Shown: piece after piece, positions 8,001 through 16,877 of the stretch
Layout: the number at the start of each line of letters is the position of its first letter
How positions within the stretch are numbered: position 1 is the first letter of the stretch
IMG/VR virus record: IMGVR_UViG_3300021086_000015
Coordinates: 1 to 33,433 of that record
Origin: a virus
Lineage: Duplodnaviria > Caudoviricetes
Strand: one strand, 5' to 3'
Length of the DNA: 33,433 bases
Notes under the pieces: generated by a model
Told to the model about the DNA's origin: nothing
The model's input: only the letters and a program-made list of their open reading frames with translations
The model's database searches: none
Translations under genes and position numbers: made by a program

Positions 8001-8845
8001 CTGATCCTGTTGTGTCGCAGCGTGAGCCGGGCGTCTACCGCGACGTCCCGGACACCGAGTACCACGCCGACCAGGACAGCCTGTCCAGCACCGGGGCACG
8101 CACGATCGTGTTCGGTAGCCCGGCCCAGTTCCGCTACGAGCAGGATCACGGCGGCGTGCGCAAGACCGAATACGACGAGGGCCACGCCGCCCACCTGTAC
8201 GTCCTGGGCACCGGTGCCGAACTGAAGGTGTTCGACGAGTTCAAGAGCTGGCAGAGCGACAAGGCGAAGGCGGCCAACGCTGCCGCGCGCGCCGCCGGGA
8301 AAGTGCCGCTGCTGCGCAAGCAAGACAACACCGCGCGCGCCATGGCCAAAGTGTGCCTGGAACACGAACTCGCCGGCGCCCTGCTGGCCGAGGGTGAAGC
8401 CGAACTGTCCGCGTGGTGGATCGACGAGGAGACCGGCGCGCGGCTACGGCTGCGTACCGACTGGCTCACCATCATCAACGGGCGCCTGGTCGTCGTCGAC
8501 TACAAGACGTCCAAGGGTGCCGGAAAGGCCGCATTCGCGAAATCCGTTGGCGAGTACGGCTATTACTGCCAGCAGCCGTTTTACGTCGCCGGCTTCGAAG
8601 CCCTCGACCTCGACGACGACCCGGATTTCATTTTCATCAGCCAGTGCAAGACACCTCCCTACGAGGTGACAGTCGCCCGCATCGACGCTGACGACGTCGC
8701 CCGCGGGCGCGACCTCAACCGGCACGGCATCCGCACCTGGGCCGAATGCCGCGCGTCCGGCCGCTGGCCCGACGGCAGCGACCGCATTCATCCGGTGTCG
8801 GTCCCCACCTATATCCGCTATCGAGATCTGGAGATCCTCTCGTGA
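7997..8845 (+). CDS. RecE/ExoVIII-like PD-(D/E)XK exonuclease
   Basis: YHAD..LSSTG, GHAAH, ELSAWW, LRLRTDWL, VVDYKT, YGYYCQQPFY. Confidence 0.88.
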   Translation: MTDPVVSQREPGVYRDVPDTEYHADQDSLSSTGARTIVFGSPAQFRYEQDHGGVRKTEYDEGHAAHLYVLGTGAELKVFDEFKSWQSDKAKAANAAARAAGKVPLLRKQDNTARAMAKVCLEHELAGALLAEGEAELSAWWIDEETGARLRLRTDWLTIINGRLVVVDYKTSKGAGKAAFAKSVGEYGYYCQQPFYVAGFEALDLDDDPDFIFISQCKTPPYEVTVARIDADDVARGRDLNRHGIRTWAECRASGRWPDGSDRIHPVSVPTYIRYRDLEILS

Positions 8846-10074
8846 CCGCACCCGCACGCTACGAACCGTTGCGACCGACCGCCGCGGTATCCCGCGCCGA
8901 GATCAGCCAAGCCACCGCCGTTGAACAGTCCCGTGCCGTCGCCGAGGTCCAGGCGGCCGTGCTCGTCGCCCAGCAGCGGCCCCGGAACAAGTCGCTCGCC
9001 GTCGAGGAGATGCGAGACGCCACCGCACAAACCGCGGTCGCTGAGAAGGCGTACTACCGGTTCCCGCGCGGCGGCGAAAACATCACCGGCGTCTCCATCC
9101 ACCTTGCCCGCGAGCTCGCCCGCTGCTGGGGCAACATCGACTATGGCATCAAGGAACTGCGCCGCGACGATGACAAGGGCGAGTCCGAAATGCTCGCTCA
9201 CGCTTGGGATATGCAAACCAACGCCCGTGCGTCGACGACGTTCATCGTGCCGCATGTGCGCGACACCGGAGGCGCCGGCCGGAAACTGACCGCGACCCGC
9301 GACATCTACGAGAACAACGCCAACGCCGGCGCCCGCCGGTTGCGCGAGCAGATCCTCGCCGTGCTCCCGAACTGGTTCACCGAGGAAGCCAAGGCCAACT
9401 GCGACGCCACCCTGAAGAAGGGCAACGGGCAGCCCATCGAGGAACGCATCGCCGCCGCGCTGGGCCGGTTCGCCGATATCGGGATCACCGTCGACCGGCT
9501 CGAGGCCAAGCTCGGCCGCCCGTCGGCCGAGTGGGACGGCGCCGACGTCGGGCAGCTCGGCACGATCTACAAGTCGATCAAGCGGGGCGAGACCACCATC
9601 GACGCCGAGTTCGGCACCGCGCCCGATCAGGGCATCACGGCCGAGGACGTCGCCAAGGCCGGCCGGAAGCGACGTGCCTCGGCAACAGAACAGGGTGCCT
9701 CAGGGCCAGTCGAAAAGCCGGACATCTCGGAGGCGCCCGCCGTGCCGCCCGCCGTCCCTGACCAGCAAGAATCTGAGGAAGGCCCAGCCCAGCAAGACGT
9801 CCCGCCCGCCGAGGCCCCCCGTGGCACGCCACCCACCGACCAGCAGGTCAAGGAACTGCAAGCCGCGCTGCGCGCTGAAGGGCTGAAGACGCCCCGCGCG
9901 CAGGTCGCCTACCTCAACGACCAGTTCGACCGCCATATCGGCGCCATATTCGACCTGACCGGCGACGAGTGCGCGGGCCTGACGCACTACCTGATGACAG
10001 CTCCGGATGAAGCCGCCGCACCAGGCGCTGCGGGCACGCAGCTGCCTGTCGACGGCGAAGCGAGCGCCCAGTGA
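8842..10074 (+). CDS. Probable single-strand annealing/recombination protein with long acidic Pro-rich tail
   Basis: Directly after the RecE-like gene; YRFPRGGENITGVSIHLARELARCWGNI motif; GTG start at 8842. Confidence 0.65.
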   Translation: MTAPARYEPLRPTAAVSRAEISQATAVEQSRAVAEVQAAVLVAQQRPRNKSLAVEEMRDATAQTAVAEKAYYRFPRGGENITGVSIHLARELARCWGNIDYGIKELRRDDDKGESEMLAHAWDMQTNARASTTFIVPHVRDTGGAGRKLTATRDIYENNANAGARRLREQILAVLPNWFTEEAKANCDATLKKGNGQPIEERIAAALGRFADIGITVDRLEAKLGRPSAEWDGADVGQLGTIYKSIKRGETTIDAEFGTAPDQGITAEDVAKAGRKRRASATEQGASGPVEKPDISEAPAVPPAVPDQQESEEGPAQQDVPPAEAPRGTPPTDQQVKELQAALRAEGLKTPRAQVAYLNDQFDRHIGAIFDLTGDECAGLTHYLMTAPDEAAAPGAAGTQLPVDGEASAQ

Positions 10075-10319
10075 GCGACTTCCACACTCGCGAGGCGGAA
10101 CGCCTGCTCAACGCGATGCCCAGCAGTACGGATGTGCTGCTGGGCCACGAAGTCGTCGGCGCCGCAACGGCGCACGCCGTGCTCGCCCTGCAGCAGACGC
10201 TCGCCGAGATCTCCGAACAACAGCGCCTCGCGAACGTCATCGCCGCCATCCACGCCGCAATCGTCTACCTGCACAGCCACATCGGCGACATCGTCAACCC
10301 GGAGAGCGAAAATCGTTGA
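10071..10319 (+). CDS. Hypothetical phage protein
   Basis: Coupled overlaps at both ends. Confidence 0.65.
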   Translation: MSDFHTREAERLLNAMPSSTDVLLGHEVVGAATAHAVLALQQTLAEISEQQRLANVIAAIHAAIVYLHSHIGDIVNPESENR

Positions 10320-10990
10320 CCCCCATAGTATTTTTGGACACAGAGACGACGGGACTGACACACGACCGGCGCCCGTGGGACATCGGCATGATTCGCCGCG
10401 AGCCGGACGGCACGCAGCGCGAGATCACCCTGTTCATTTCCGATGTGAATCTGTCCGGCGCTGAGCTGATCGGGTTGCGGATCGGCCACTTCTACGACCG
10501 GCACCCGCTGTACAGGGCCGCGAACGGTGGAGCGTTCGACCCCGAGCAGGACGACGCCCATCATCTCGACCCCTGGCACGTCCGGAAGATGCTCGCCGAC
10601 GGAGAATGTTTGGTCTCCGAGCCGCGCGCCGCCGAAATCGTCGAGCGCTGGACCCGCGGCGCTCACGTGGTCGGCTCCGTACCGAATTTCGACACCGAGT
10701 GTCTCGCGGCGATGTTGCGGCGGCACGGCCTGTGCCCCGCATGGCATTACCACCTCATCGACGTCGAGCCGCTAGCGATCGGATGGTTACGGGGCCTTAT
10801 GTCCGCGGACGGATACGCCGACAAATCCTTCTGTACGGACATCGACACCGAGCCGCCCTGGAAGTCCGACGACATCTCCCGCGCGTGTGGCGTCGAGCCG
10901 CCCGGCGACGACGAGCGGCATACCGCGCTGGGCGATGCCCGCTGGGCGATGCGGCTGTACGACCAAATCACCGCAGAGGTTGACGAATGA
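10316..10990 (+). CDS. DnaQ-like (DEDDh) 3'-5' exonuclease
   Basis: VFLDTETTGL, GSVPNFD, HTALGDA; TTG start overlapping the previous stop. Confidence 0.88.
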   Translation: MTPIVFLDTETTGLTHDRRPWDIGMIRREPDGTQREITLFISDVNLSGAELIGLRIGHFYDRHPLYRAANGGAFDPEQDDAHHLDPWHVRKMLADGECLVSEPRAAEIVERWTRGAHVVGSVPNFDTECLAAMLRRHGLCPAWHYHLIDVEPLAIGWLRGLMSADGYADKSFCTDIDTEPPWKSDDISRACGVEPPGDDERHTALGDARWAMRLYDQITAEVDE

Positions 10991-11718
10991 CCACCCTCGT
11001 CGTCGGCACCGCCGACCTGCGCCAGGCGCTCACCGCCGTGCGTCCGCACGCCAGCACGGACAAGGAGATTCCCGAGCTCACCCGGATCCGGCTCACCATC
11101 GGCCGCGAGAACGTCACCGTCACCGCGACCGACCGATTCACCGCCGGACTCGCCATCGCGAGCACCTGGGACCACGACGGCGAGTCCGGCGAAATCGTCG
11201 AGGTGCTCGCCGACGACGCCGCAAAGATCCTCGCGATCTTCAAGTCCGGCAAGGAATCCGGGGACGACAGTCCGCAGTATCTGCTCCGTCTGGACATCGA
11301 CGACGAGTACGTCACCGTCACCGACTGCTCCGGGATGATCGACGGCCGGCGTTTCCGTATGCCGCGGCTGGCCACCGAGGACAGCCTCGACGTAGTGCCG
11401 GTACTCATCGACCGGGCGCACGGTGGGCGCACGGTGCTGCTCGACGACGTCGAGAACATGACCGTGAGCGGCGATCATCTCGGCCGATTCAAGGTCGCCG
11501 CGACCACCTACAAGGAGGCGATCTCGCTCGAAACACGTGCCGGAAGCGCGAAAGGCTCTGTGTGCGTGCTCATCCGGTGTGGCGAGTCGTTCCTCGGGCT
11601 GATGATGCCGCACAGGTTGCTCGACGAGGGCCGCGAGCGGACCCGGGAATGGGCCGAGGGCTGGACCGCCCGGCTACCCGGGATCGTCGGTGCGGCACTA
11701 CGTTCGGGCGAGTCGTGA
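10987..11718 (+). CDS. DNA sliding-clamp (beta)-like protein
   Basis: DLRQALTAVRPHAS...PELTRIRL...VTVTATDRFTAG and C-terminal FLGLMMP resemble beta-clamp domains. Confidence 0.6.
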   Translation: MTTLVVGTADLRQALTAVRPHASTDKEIPELTRIRLTIGRENVTVTATDRFTAGLAIASTWDHDGESGEIVEVLADDAAKILAIFKSGKESGDDSPQYLLRLDIDDEYVTVTDCSGMIDGRRFRMPRLATEDSLDVVPVLIDRAHGGRTVLLDDVENMTVSGDHLGRFKVAATTYKEAISLETRAGSAKGSVCVLIRCGESFLGLMMPHRLLDEGRERTREWAEGWTARLPGIVGAALRSGES

Positions 11719-11975
11719 TGGACCGCATCGACGTTCGCGTCGCAGAGACCGCCCCGGAGGAGCGCCGCATGCGCGCCGCCGCGGCGGACCTCGTCACCTA
11801 CGGGCACGTCTCCGTCGTTATCGCCGTCGACCCTGACAACCCCGGTGCCGTGTGCGCTGGCGTGGACGTGACCCCGGGCGCGCCCTGCTGGGCGCACGCG
11901 GCCAAGGTGCTGCGCGATGTCGCCGCCCAGCTGGAGCAGCAGCATGCGGGCGTGCAGTGCGAGGGGCATCCGTGA
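11718..11975 (+). CDS. Hypothetical phage protein
   Basis: MDRIDVRV start via TGATG overlap. Confidence 0.6.
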   Translation: MDRIDVRVAETAPEERRMRAAAADLVTYGHVSVVIAVDPDNPGAVCAGVDVTPGAPCWAHAAKVLRDVAAQLEQQHAGVQCEGHP

Positions 11976-12808
11976 GGCCTCCGTTCCCGTACTTCGGCGG
12001 CAAGATGTCGGTCGCCGACCGCATCGCCGAGCTGCTGCCGCCGCACCGGCACTACGTCGAACCGTTCGCCGGATCGCTCTCGGTCATGCTGGCCAAATCG
12101 CCGGTGCCCTTCGAGACGGCGAACGATCTGCACGGCGAACTCATGACGTTCTGGCGCGTACTGCGCACCAGACCAGTCGACCTCGCTGCTTCGTGTGCAC
12201 TCACCCCGCATTCGCGCGCCGAATACGCTGCCGCAGCCGAACTCGACTGTGGCGACGACCTGGAGACAGCGCGCCGGGTATGGGTGCGCCTGACGCAGTC
12301 CCGAAGCGGCGTCCTGCGCAAGACCGGCTGGCGACACTACATCGACCCTGGGGGTAGCTCGGCGAGCATGCCCGACTACCTCGCCGGGTACGTCGGCCGA
12401 TTCGCGGCCGCCGCCGAACGATTGCACACCGTCAGCCTCGAGTGCCGCCCAGCGCTCGAGGCGATCGGCGCCTACGGCCGCACGCCCGAGGTGTGCCTGT
12501 ACGTCGATCCGCCCTATCTCGGGTCGACCCGCAACGGCACGAACTACCTGCACGAGATGCCCAGCGTGGCCGACCACGAGCAGCTGCTCGAGGCACTCCT
12601 GCGCGCCCGGGCCGCAGTCGTGCTGTCCGGGTACGCGAGCGAGCTGTACGACACCGCGCTGACCGGCTGGACGCGCATCGAGATCCCGACGTTCAACGGC
12701 AACGCGAACTCCGGTCCCCGGACCGAAATCGTCTGGTGCAACCGCCAAACGGGCCATCCGACATTGGATTTCGAAGGTACAGAGACGGAAAAGGGGATGC
12801 GCCTATGA
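11972..12808 (+). CDS. DNA N6-adenine methyltransferase (D12/Dam class)
   Basis: PFPYFGGK, YVEPFAGS, ETAND, LYVDPPY, VVLSGY. Confidence 0.92.
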   Translation: MRPPFPYFGGKMSVADRIAELLPPHRHYVEPFAGSLSVMLAKSPVPFETANDLHGELMTFWRVLRTRPVDLAASCALTPHSRAEYAAAAELDCGDDLETARRVWVRLTQSRSGVLRKTGWRHYIDPGGSSASMPDYLAGYVGRFAAAAERLHTVSLECRPALEAIGAYGRTPEVCLYVDPPYLGSTRNGTNYLHEMPSVADHEQLLEALLRARAAVVLSGYASELYDTALTGWTRIEIPTFNGNANSGPRTEIVWCNRQTGHPTLDFEGTETEKGMRL

Positions 12809-13227
12809 CGTTGTGGCGCGTGCAGATTCAGGGGTTGTGGCGAAAGGTGGTGCGCGCCTTGGGCGTGGGCATGGATCCGGGCCCGCTACGCCCGGTCGAC
12901 AGGTTCGAATGGGAGCGCATCGTTCGGCGCGTCCAAATATCGTCGAGCACAATGCTTTTGGCGTTAACGCTCGCCACCTACGGCGACCCGGACGGGAGCC
13001 GGATACGTCCGGGGGTGGACCGCTTGGCGCGGGTGATGTGTGTCAGTGCGCCGACGGTCAAGCGCGCGTTCGCGGAGCTGCGTCGGCTCGGTCTCGTCCA
13101 GCAGACGAAGAAGGGCAATCGGTATGCGAGCCATGCCGACGAGTACCGGCTCACGGTGCCGTCGGATATGCCCGATTATCCGATGCTCGATCCGGATGAG
13201 TGCGAAATGTCTGGGGATCACCAGTGA
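12805..13227 (+). CDS. HTH replication-initiator-like protein
   Basis: LALTLATYGDPDGSRIRPGVDRLARVMCVSAPTVKRAFAELRRLGLV winged HTH, followed by iterons. Confidence 0.75.
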   Translation: MTLWRVQIQGLWRKVVRALGVGMDPGPLRPVDRFEWERIVRRVQISSSTMLLALTLATYGDPDGSRIRPGVDRLARVMCVSAPTVKRAFAELRRLGLVQQTKKGNRYASHADEYRLTVPSDMPDYPMLDPDECEMSGDHQ

Positions 13228-13410
13228 TCCGTGAACATGGTTGCGCGCAAGCAAGTCTGGGGATCACCCATGACACCTGGAGTTATCCACAGGGCGTAGG
13301 TCTGGGGATCACGGGTGATCCCTGGGCCGCTGCCCCCGCGAAAAGTCTGGGGATCATCTGGAACAAGTCTGGGGATCATCTGGAACAAGTCTGGGGATCA
13401 CCCATGATCC
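13209..13410 (+). repeat. Iteron array / putative replication origin
   Basis: GTCTGGGGATCA at 13209, 13255, 13300, 13345, 13367, 13389 (spacing 46/45/45/22/22). Confidence 0.85.
13283..13291 (+). promoter_or_regulatory. Perfect DnaA box
   Basis: TTATCCACA inside the iteron array; a 1-mismatch reverse box TGTGGATGA at 13492-13500. Confidence 0.7.
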
Positions 13411-13525
13411 ACCACCAACCCATACCAACCACAACCATCAACTACCCGCGTGGCTGGCTCTCGAACGCAACTCACGACCGCCCGTGCGACCTGTGGATGA
13501 ATTCAGCCAATCGAGCGGACGCGGC

Positions 13526-13738
13526 ATGACGACCTACGACCGCACCGGCGAACCCATCGACGAGCACCCACGCGACTGCCGCGGCGGCTGGCTCGGCACT
13601 GACCGCGAAGGCCGGCCAGTTCCCTGCCTCGCCTGCAAACCGCATCTCGTCCGCCGCAGCGACATCAACGACTTCGCCGACCGTCAGCCGTCCGACCGCG
13701 CCCAGCGCGCCATCAACGAGGAGAACCGCAATGCCTGA
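13526..13738 (+). CDS. Small Zn-binding hypothetical protein
   Basis: DCRGGWLG...PVPCLACKPHL. Confidence 0.7.
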   Translation: MTTYDRTGEPIDEHPRDCRGGWLGTDREGRPVPCLACKPHLVRRSDINDFADRQPSDRAQRAINEENRNA

Positions 13739-14042
13739 CCGATACCGCAAGAAGCCCATCGAGATCGAAGCCGTTCGATGGGACGGTACCGCTGTCGCGG
13801 CGACACCGATCATCGACTGGATACTGAACCAGGATGGGTCGGCCGCCTACCACTGCCCTCACGACATGGGTTGCGCCGGAACAGCGGCCGGGCACACCAT
13901 CGGTATCCGCACCCTCGAAGGCCGGATGCAGGCCACGCCCGGCGACTGGATCATTCGCGGCATCCAGGGCGAGTTCTACCCGTGTAAACCGGACATCTTC
14001 GCTGCCACATACGAACTCGTCGAGGAGACCACCCATGCCTGA
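13731..14042 (+). CDS. Conserved phage protein (PGDW-type small beta-barrel)
   Basis: YRKKPIEIEAVRW...IRTLEG.M.ATPGDWIIRGIQGEFYPCKPDIFAATYE. Confidence 0.8.
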   Translation: MPDRYRKKPIEIEAVRWDGTAVAATPIIDWILNQDGSAAYHCPHDMGCAGTAAGHTIGIRTLEGRMQATPGDWIIRGIQGEFYPCKPDIFAATYELVEETTHA

Positions 14043-14136
14043 AATCGTCCTGCTCGTCCACCTGCTGCTCCGCGAGCCCGTCGCGGTGCTGCCGCGCTAC
14101 GCCGCGCCGCTGCTCGTCCTGTACTGGGGTGCGTGA
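14035..14136 (+). CDS. 33-aa hydrophobic micro-protein
   Basis: GAGGAG RBS; MPEIVLLVHLLLREPVAVLPRYAAPLLVLYWGA. Confidence 0.45.
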   Translation: MPEIVLLVHLLLREPVAVLPRYAAPLLVLYWGA

Positions 14137-14567
14137 CCATGGACGACAACGACATTCGCGCCAAGGCCCTCGAGAGACTGTGCCGAGCCAAGCGCGCCAT
14201 GGACAACGCCCGAGCTCCGTTCGCCGGCCGGTCATGGGACCAGCTGCCCGAACCCCACAGGAAGCCCTACCGCGCTGCCATGGAGCCATACGTCGACGCC
14301 CTCGCCGACATGCTGTGTGCGCCCCGCCCCACGCTCGACCCGTACGCCGTCGTCGGTGACCTGCTCGCACTGATCCCGACCCGGATCACCACCGTCGAGG
14401 AGCTCGACGCGTTGCCGGAGGGGACCGTCATCCGATCGCGCTACGGCATCGTCGCTCAGAAGGCCGAAGACGCCTGGGAGTTCCCGAACGAGGTCGGGCG
14501 CTCCCTCGGCGAAATCATCGACCTGCCCGCCACCGTGCTGTGGAACCCGGAGGCGACCCATGCCTAG
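14133..14567 (+). CDS. Hypothetical phage protein
   Basis: ITTVEELDALPEGTVI motif, common in actinophage small proteins. Confidence 0.7.
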   Translation: MTMDDNDIRAKALERLCRAKRAMDNARAPFAGRSWDQLPEPHRKPYRAAMEPYVDALADMLCAPRPTLDPYAVVGDLLALIPTRITTVEELDALPEGTVIRSRYGIVAQKAEDAWEFPNEVGRSLGEIIDLPATVLWNPEATHA

Positions 14568-15015
14568 ACCAGCCAGCCCGGACACCTACGGCAGCCTCGC
14601 ATGGTGCAAGAACGAGCTGAGCAGGCTCCGCAAGCTCAGACGCCTGCTCGAAACCGAGTGCATGGGCCTGCGGGCCCGCTGCCAGATGCTCACCGAATAT
14701 GTGCAGTCCCAAGGCATCCCGCTCGACGAGGCCGAGATGCGCGCCGCGCACACCCAGGAGATCATCGACCGCATCCACCGCGAGCATCGCCTCCGCGTCC
14801 TGGAGGACTTTTACGGCGATATCGCGGCGATCATCCACCGCGCCAACGAAATGCAGGCGACAAGCCACGATCCGGCACGCGCTGCATTGATCAACTCCCT
14901 GGAAGCGGTGTGCCGCCGACGCCGACGCCGAATGCAGCTGCCATTCATAGACGCGGCTCGCGAGGAGGCCGAGAGGCAGGTCGCGCGCATCCCGTCGGAG
15001 GTGGCCCATGCCTGA
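14560..15015 (+). CDS. Hypothetical coiled-coil protein
   Basis: GGAGG RBS, operon overlap. Confidence 0.65.
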   Translation: MPRPASPDTYGSLAWCKNELSRLRKLRRLLETECMGLRARCQMLTEYVQSQGIPLDEAEMRAAHTQEIIDRIHREHRLRVLEDFYGDIAAIIHRANEMQATSHDPARAALINSLEAVCRRRRRRMQLPFIDAAREEAERQVARIPSEVAHA

Positions 15016-15385
15016 CATCATCGAACGCACGCCGCTGCAGATCGCGCTCACCCAAGCCTGCGAGTTCGCCGTCGCGCACGGCGTCGAGGGGCCAATCACG
15101 CCCGACGACTTCGGAATCCAGCGAAGCTCGGCCGGATGGCAGCACGCCACCTACGTCGACGCCAGCCACGCGGTCAGCGTCACCATCGACCCGGATGGCA
15201 TCGCGACTTTCGGTGTAGCCGAACTTAATTGGACCCACTGGCCCGACACCGAACTACACGACGATGAGGACTGTGGCATCTGCCACCCGCCAGGCGCGGC
15301 GTCCACACACTTCCGCGGCCTCCCGCTCACCGACGTCCACCTGCCCGGAGACGCACCCGACGAGGCGGTGAGCGCTCGTGGATAA
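15008..15385 (+). CDS. Hypothetical phage protein
   Basis: GGAGG RBS, operon overlap. Confidence 0.65.
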   Translation: MPDIIERTPLQIALTQACEFAVAHGVEGPITPDDFGIQRSSAGWQHATYVDASHAVSVTIDPDGIATFGVAELNWTHWPDTELHDDEDCGICHPPGAASTHFRGLPLTDVHLPGDAPDEAVSARG

Positions 15386-15533
15386 GCAGCTGGCCGCATG
15401 CGACTGCGTGCTGCGCTACGACTTCCAGCGATGCTGCTGGGTCTGCGCGCTCTGCGAGCGGCACATCACGGACGAGGAGCTGTACAGGCGCGGCCTCGAC
15501 ATCGCACAGGAGGTGGTGAACACCGATGGATGA
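15378..15533 (+). CDS. Small Cys-rich protein (51 aa, not in ORF track)
   Basis: MDKQLAACDCVLRYDFQRCCWVCALCERHITDEELYRRGLDIAQEVVNTDG fills the gap with overlaps at both ends. Confidence 0.55.
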   Translation: MDKQLAACDCVLRYDFQRCCWVCALCERHITDEELYRRGLDIAQEVVNTDG

Positions 15534-15909
15534 CGCGCTCATGGCCATGTTCTGGGCTGGACTCGGTGCCGGATTCGTGATCGGTGTCGGCATTGCCGGA
15601 CTGATCATCGCGATCTGGTGGTGGTGGCCGCAGCACGACGAGATCCCCGTCGACGAGACGCCCAGCAGCACAGATGAATCCGTGGTCGAGCCGATGCCCG
15701 GATGGGACACCCCCATTCAGTCGTCGTGCGACACATTCGCGTGGATCGGCCAGTCCTTCGCCTGCTGCGAGCGATGCAGCCGACCGTTCTGGGAGCACTC
15801 CTACGACGAGGTGCCAGGTGACATTCCGTTCGGGGAGATGAAGAAGCGGCTGATCACCGCCGAGGAAAAGGCGAAATGCCGCGCGAAATGGGAGACCGCC
15901 GATGTCTGA
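15526..15909 (+). CDS. Membrane-anchored protein with Cys cluster
   Basis: N-terminal TM helix; CDTF...CCERCSRPFWEH. Confidence 0.7.
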   Translation: MDDALMAMFWAGLGAGFVIGVGIAGLIIAIWWWWPQHDEIPVDETPSSTDESVVEPMPGWDTPIQSSCDTFAWIGQSFACCERCSRPFWEHSYDEVPGDIPFGEMKKRLITAEEKAKCRAKWETADV

Positions 15910-16225
15910 CCTGTCCTTCACCCCAGATCCGCGGCGCACCGAGCTTGAACGGATGGCGCGAGAAGTGTTGGCGTCGAAGCAATTCCACGCCCCCGCGACG
16001 ACAGCGTTCGCCTTGATCGACGCCATCCTCGCCGCAGGCTGGCAACCGCCCGCCGAGCCTGTCGGCTACATCACCGGCTACCCGGCGGACGGCAAATGGC
16101 ACATCCCGTTCGACGGCGAAGCATTCACCCTCGACGAGGCAATCGCGGACCTGCATGACGCCTGCGGCAGCGTGCCCGACGTCCAATGGTGTGTGCTCGA
16201 GGTCCGGACGGTGCCCGATGCCTGA
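15902..16225 (+). CDS. Hypothetical phage protein
   Basis: Operon overlap, GGAG RBS. Confidence 0.65.
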   Translation: MSDLSFTPDPRRTELERMAREVLASKQFHAPATTAFALIDAILAAGWQPPAEPVGYITGYPADGKWHIPFDGEAFTLDEAIADLHDACGSVPDVQWCVLEVRTVPDA

Positions 16226-16520
16226 ATCCCGCTGCGAATTCGTGATGCCGTTCGTGACAGTCAAATCCGCCGGCGGACCCCACGACGACGACGCCTACAC
16301 CGCAGGCTTCGAGATGGGGCACCTCGACGCATTCCTCAACGCAGGCCACCACGGCGCGTTCACCACCCACTGCGTACCTATCCAGGCCGTCAACCGCGAG
16401 CAAGCCGACCTGCTCGCCATGCGATGGCATTTCACCAGCACATTCGCCGAGTTCGGCGACGAGACCGACCCTGAACACCTGTGGTTGCACGCCCACTTCA
16501 CCAGGAGCGCCGATGCCTGA
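16218..16520 (+). CDS. Hypothetical phage protein
   Basis: Start MPESRCEF; VMPFVTVKSAGGPHDDDAYTAGFEMG. Confidence 0.65.
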   Translation: MPESRCEFVMPFVTVKSAGGPHDDDAYTAGFEMGHLDAFLNAGHHGAFTTHCVPIQAVNREQADLLAMRWHFTSTFAEFGDETDPEHLWLHAHFTRSADA

Positions 16521-16683
16521 ACCGATCACGCTGCCGGACGGCCTCATCCGCGCCATGGACGACGCCGGACTCACCGGCGAAGACCGGCGGCAAGCCGAGG
16601 CCTACAGCCGATTCCTCGCGCTCGCACCAGAGATCGGCGACGAGATGGCCTACCGACGCGCCTATGGAGAGGAACTGTGGTGA
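16513..16683 (+). CDS. Hypothetical protein (56 aa, not in ORF track)
   Basis: AGGAG RBS; MPEPITLPDGLIRAMDDAG...GEELW. Confidence 0.55.
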   Translation: MPEPITLPDGLIRAMDDAGLTGEDRRQAEAYSRFLALAPEIGDEMAYRRAYGEELW

Positions 16684-16877
16684 GCCGAGGCCAGCTGCCG
16701 CGCGTGGCGGCGTTCTTCCCGCGCATGAAGGTGCGGGGTGCTCGTCGTCGGCAACGTGCCCTGGCGCGATGCTGGCCCGTACTCGTCTGGGATTGGGATC
16801 GGTCGGTACCCCACTACCAGGTGGTCACCGGTGTCCGGTGGATACCTCTTGCCGAGATCATGGAGCGCGCGCTGTGA
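16680..16877 (+). CDS. Hypothetical basic protein
   Basis: GTGA overlaps. Confidence 0.5.
   Translation: MSRGQLPRVAAFFPRMKVRGARRRQRALARCWPVLVWDWDRSVPHYQVVTGVRWIPLAEIMERAL

Noticed and set aside
13209-13410. Mini-CRISPR array (12-bp repeats with 33-34-bp gaps)
   Set aside because: Repeats are too short, gaps are irregular (two are identical 10-mers), no cas genes are present, and the DnaA box plus adjacent initiator fit iterons better
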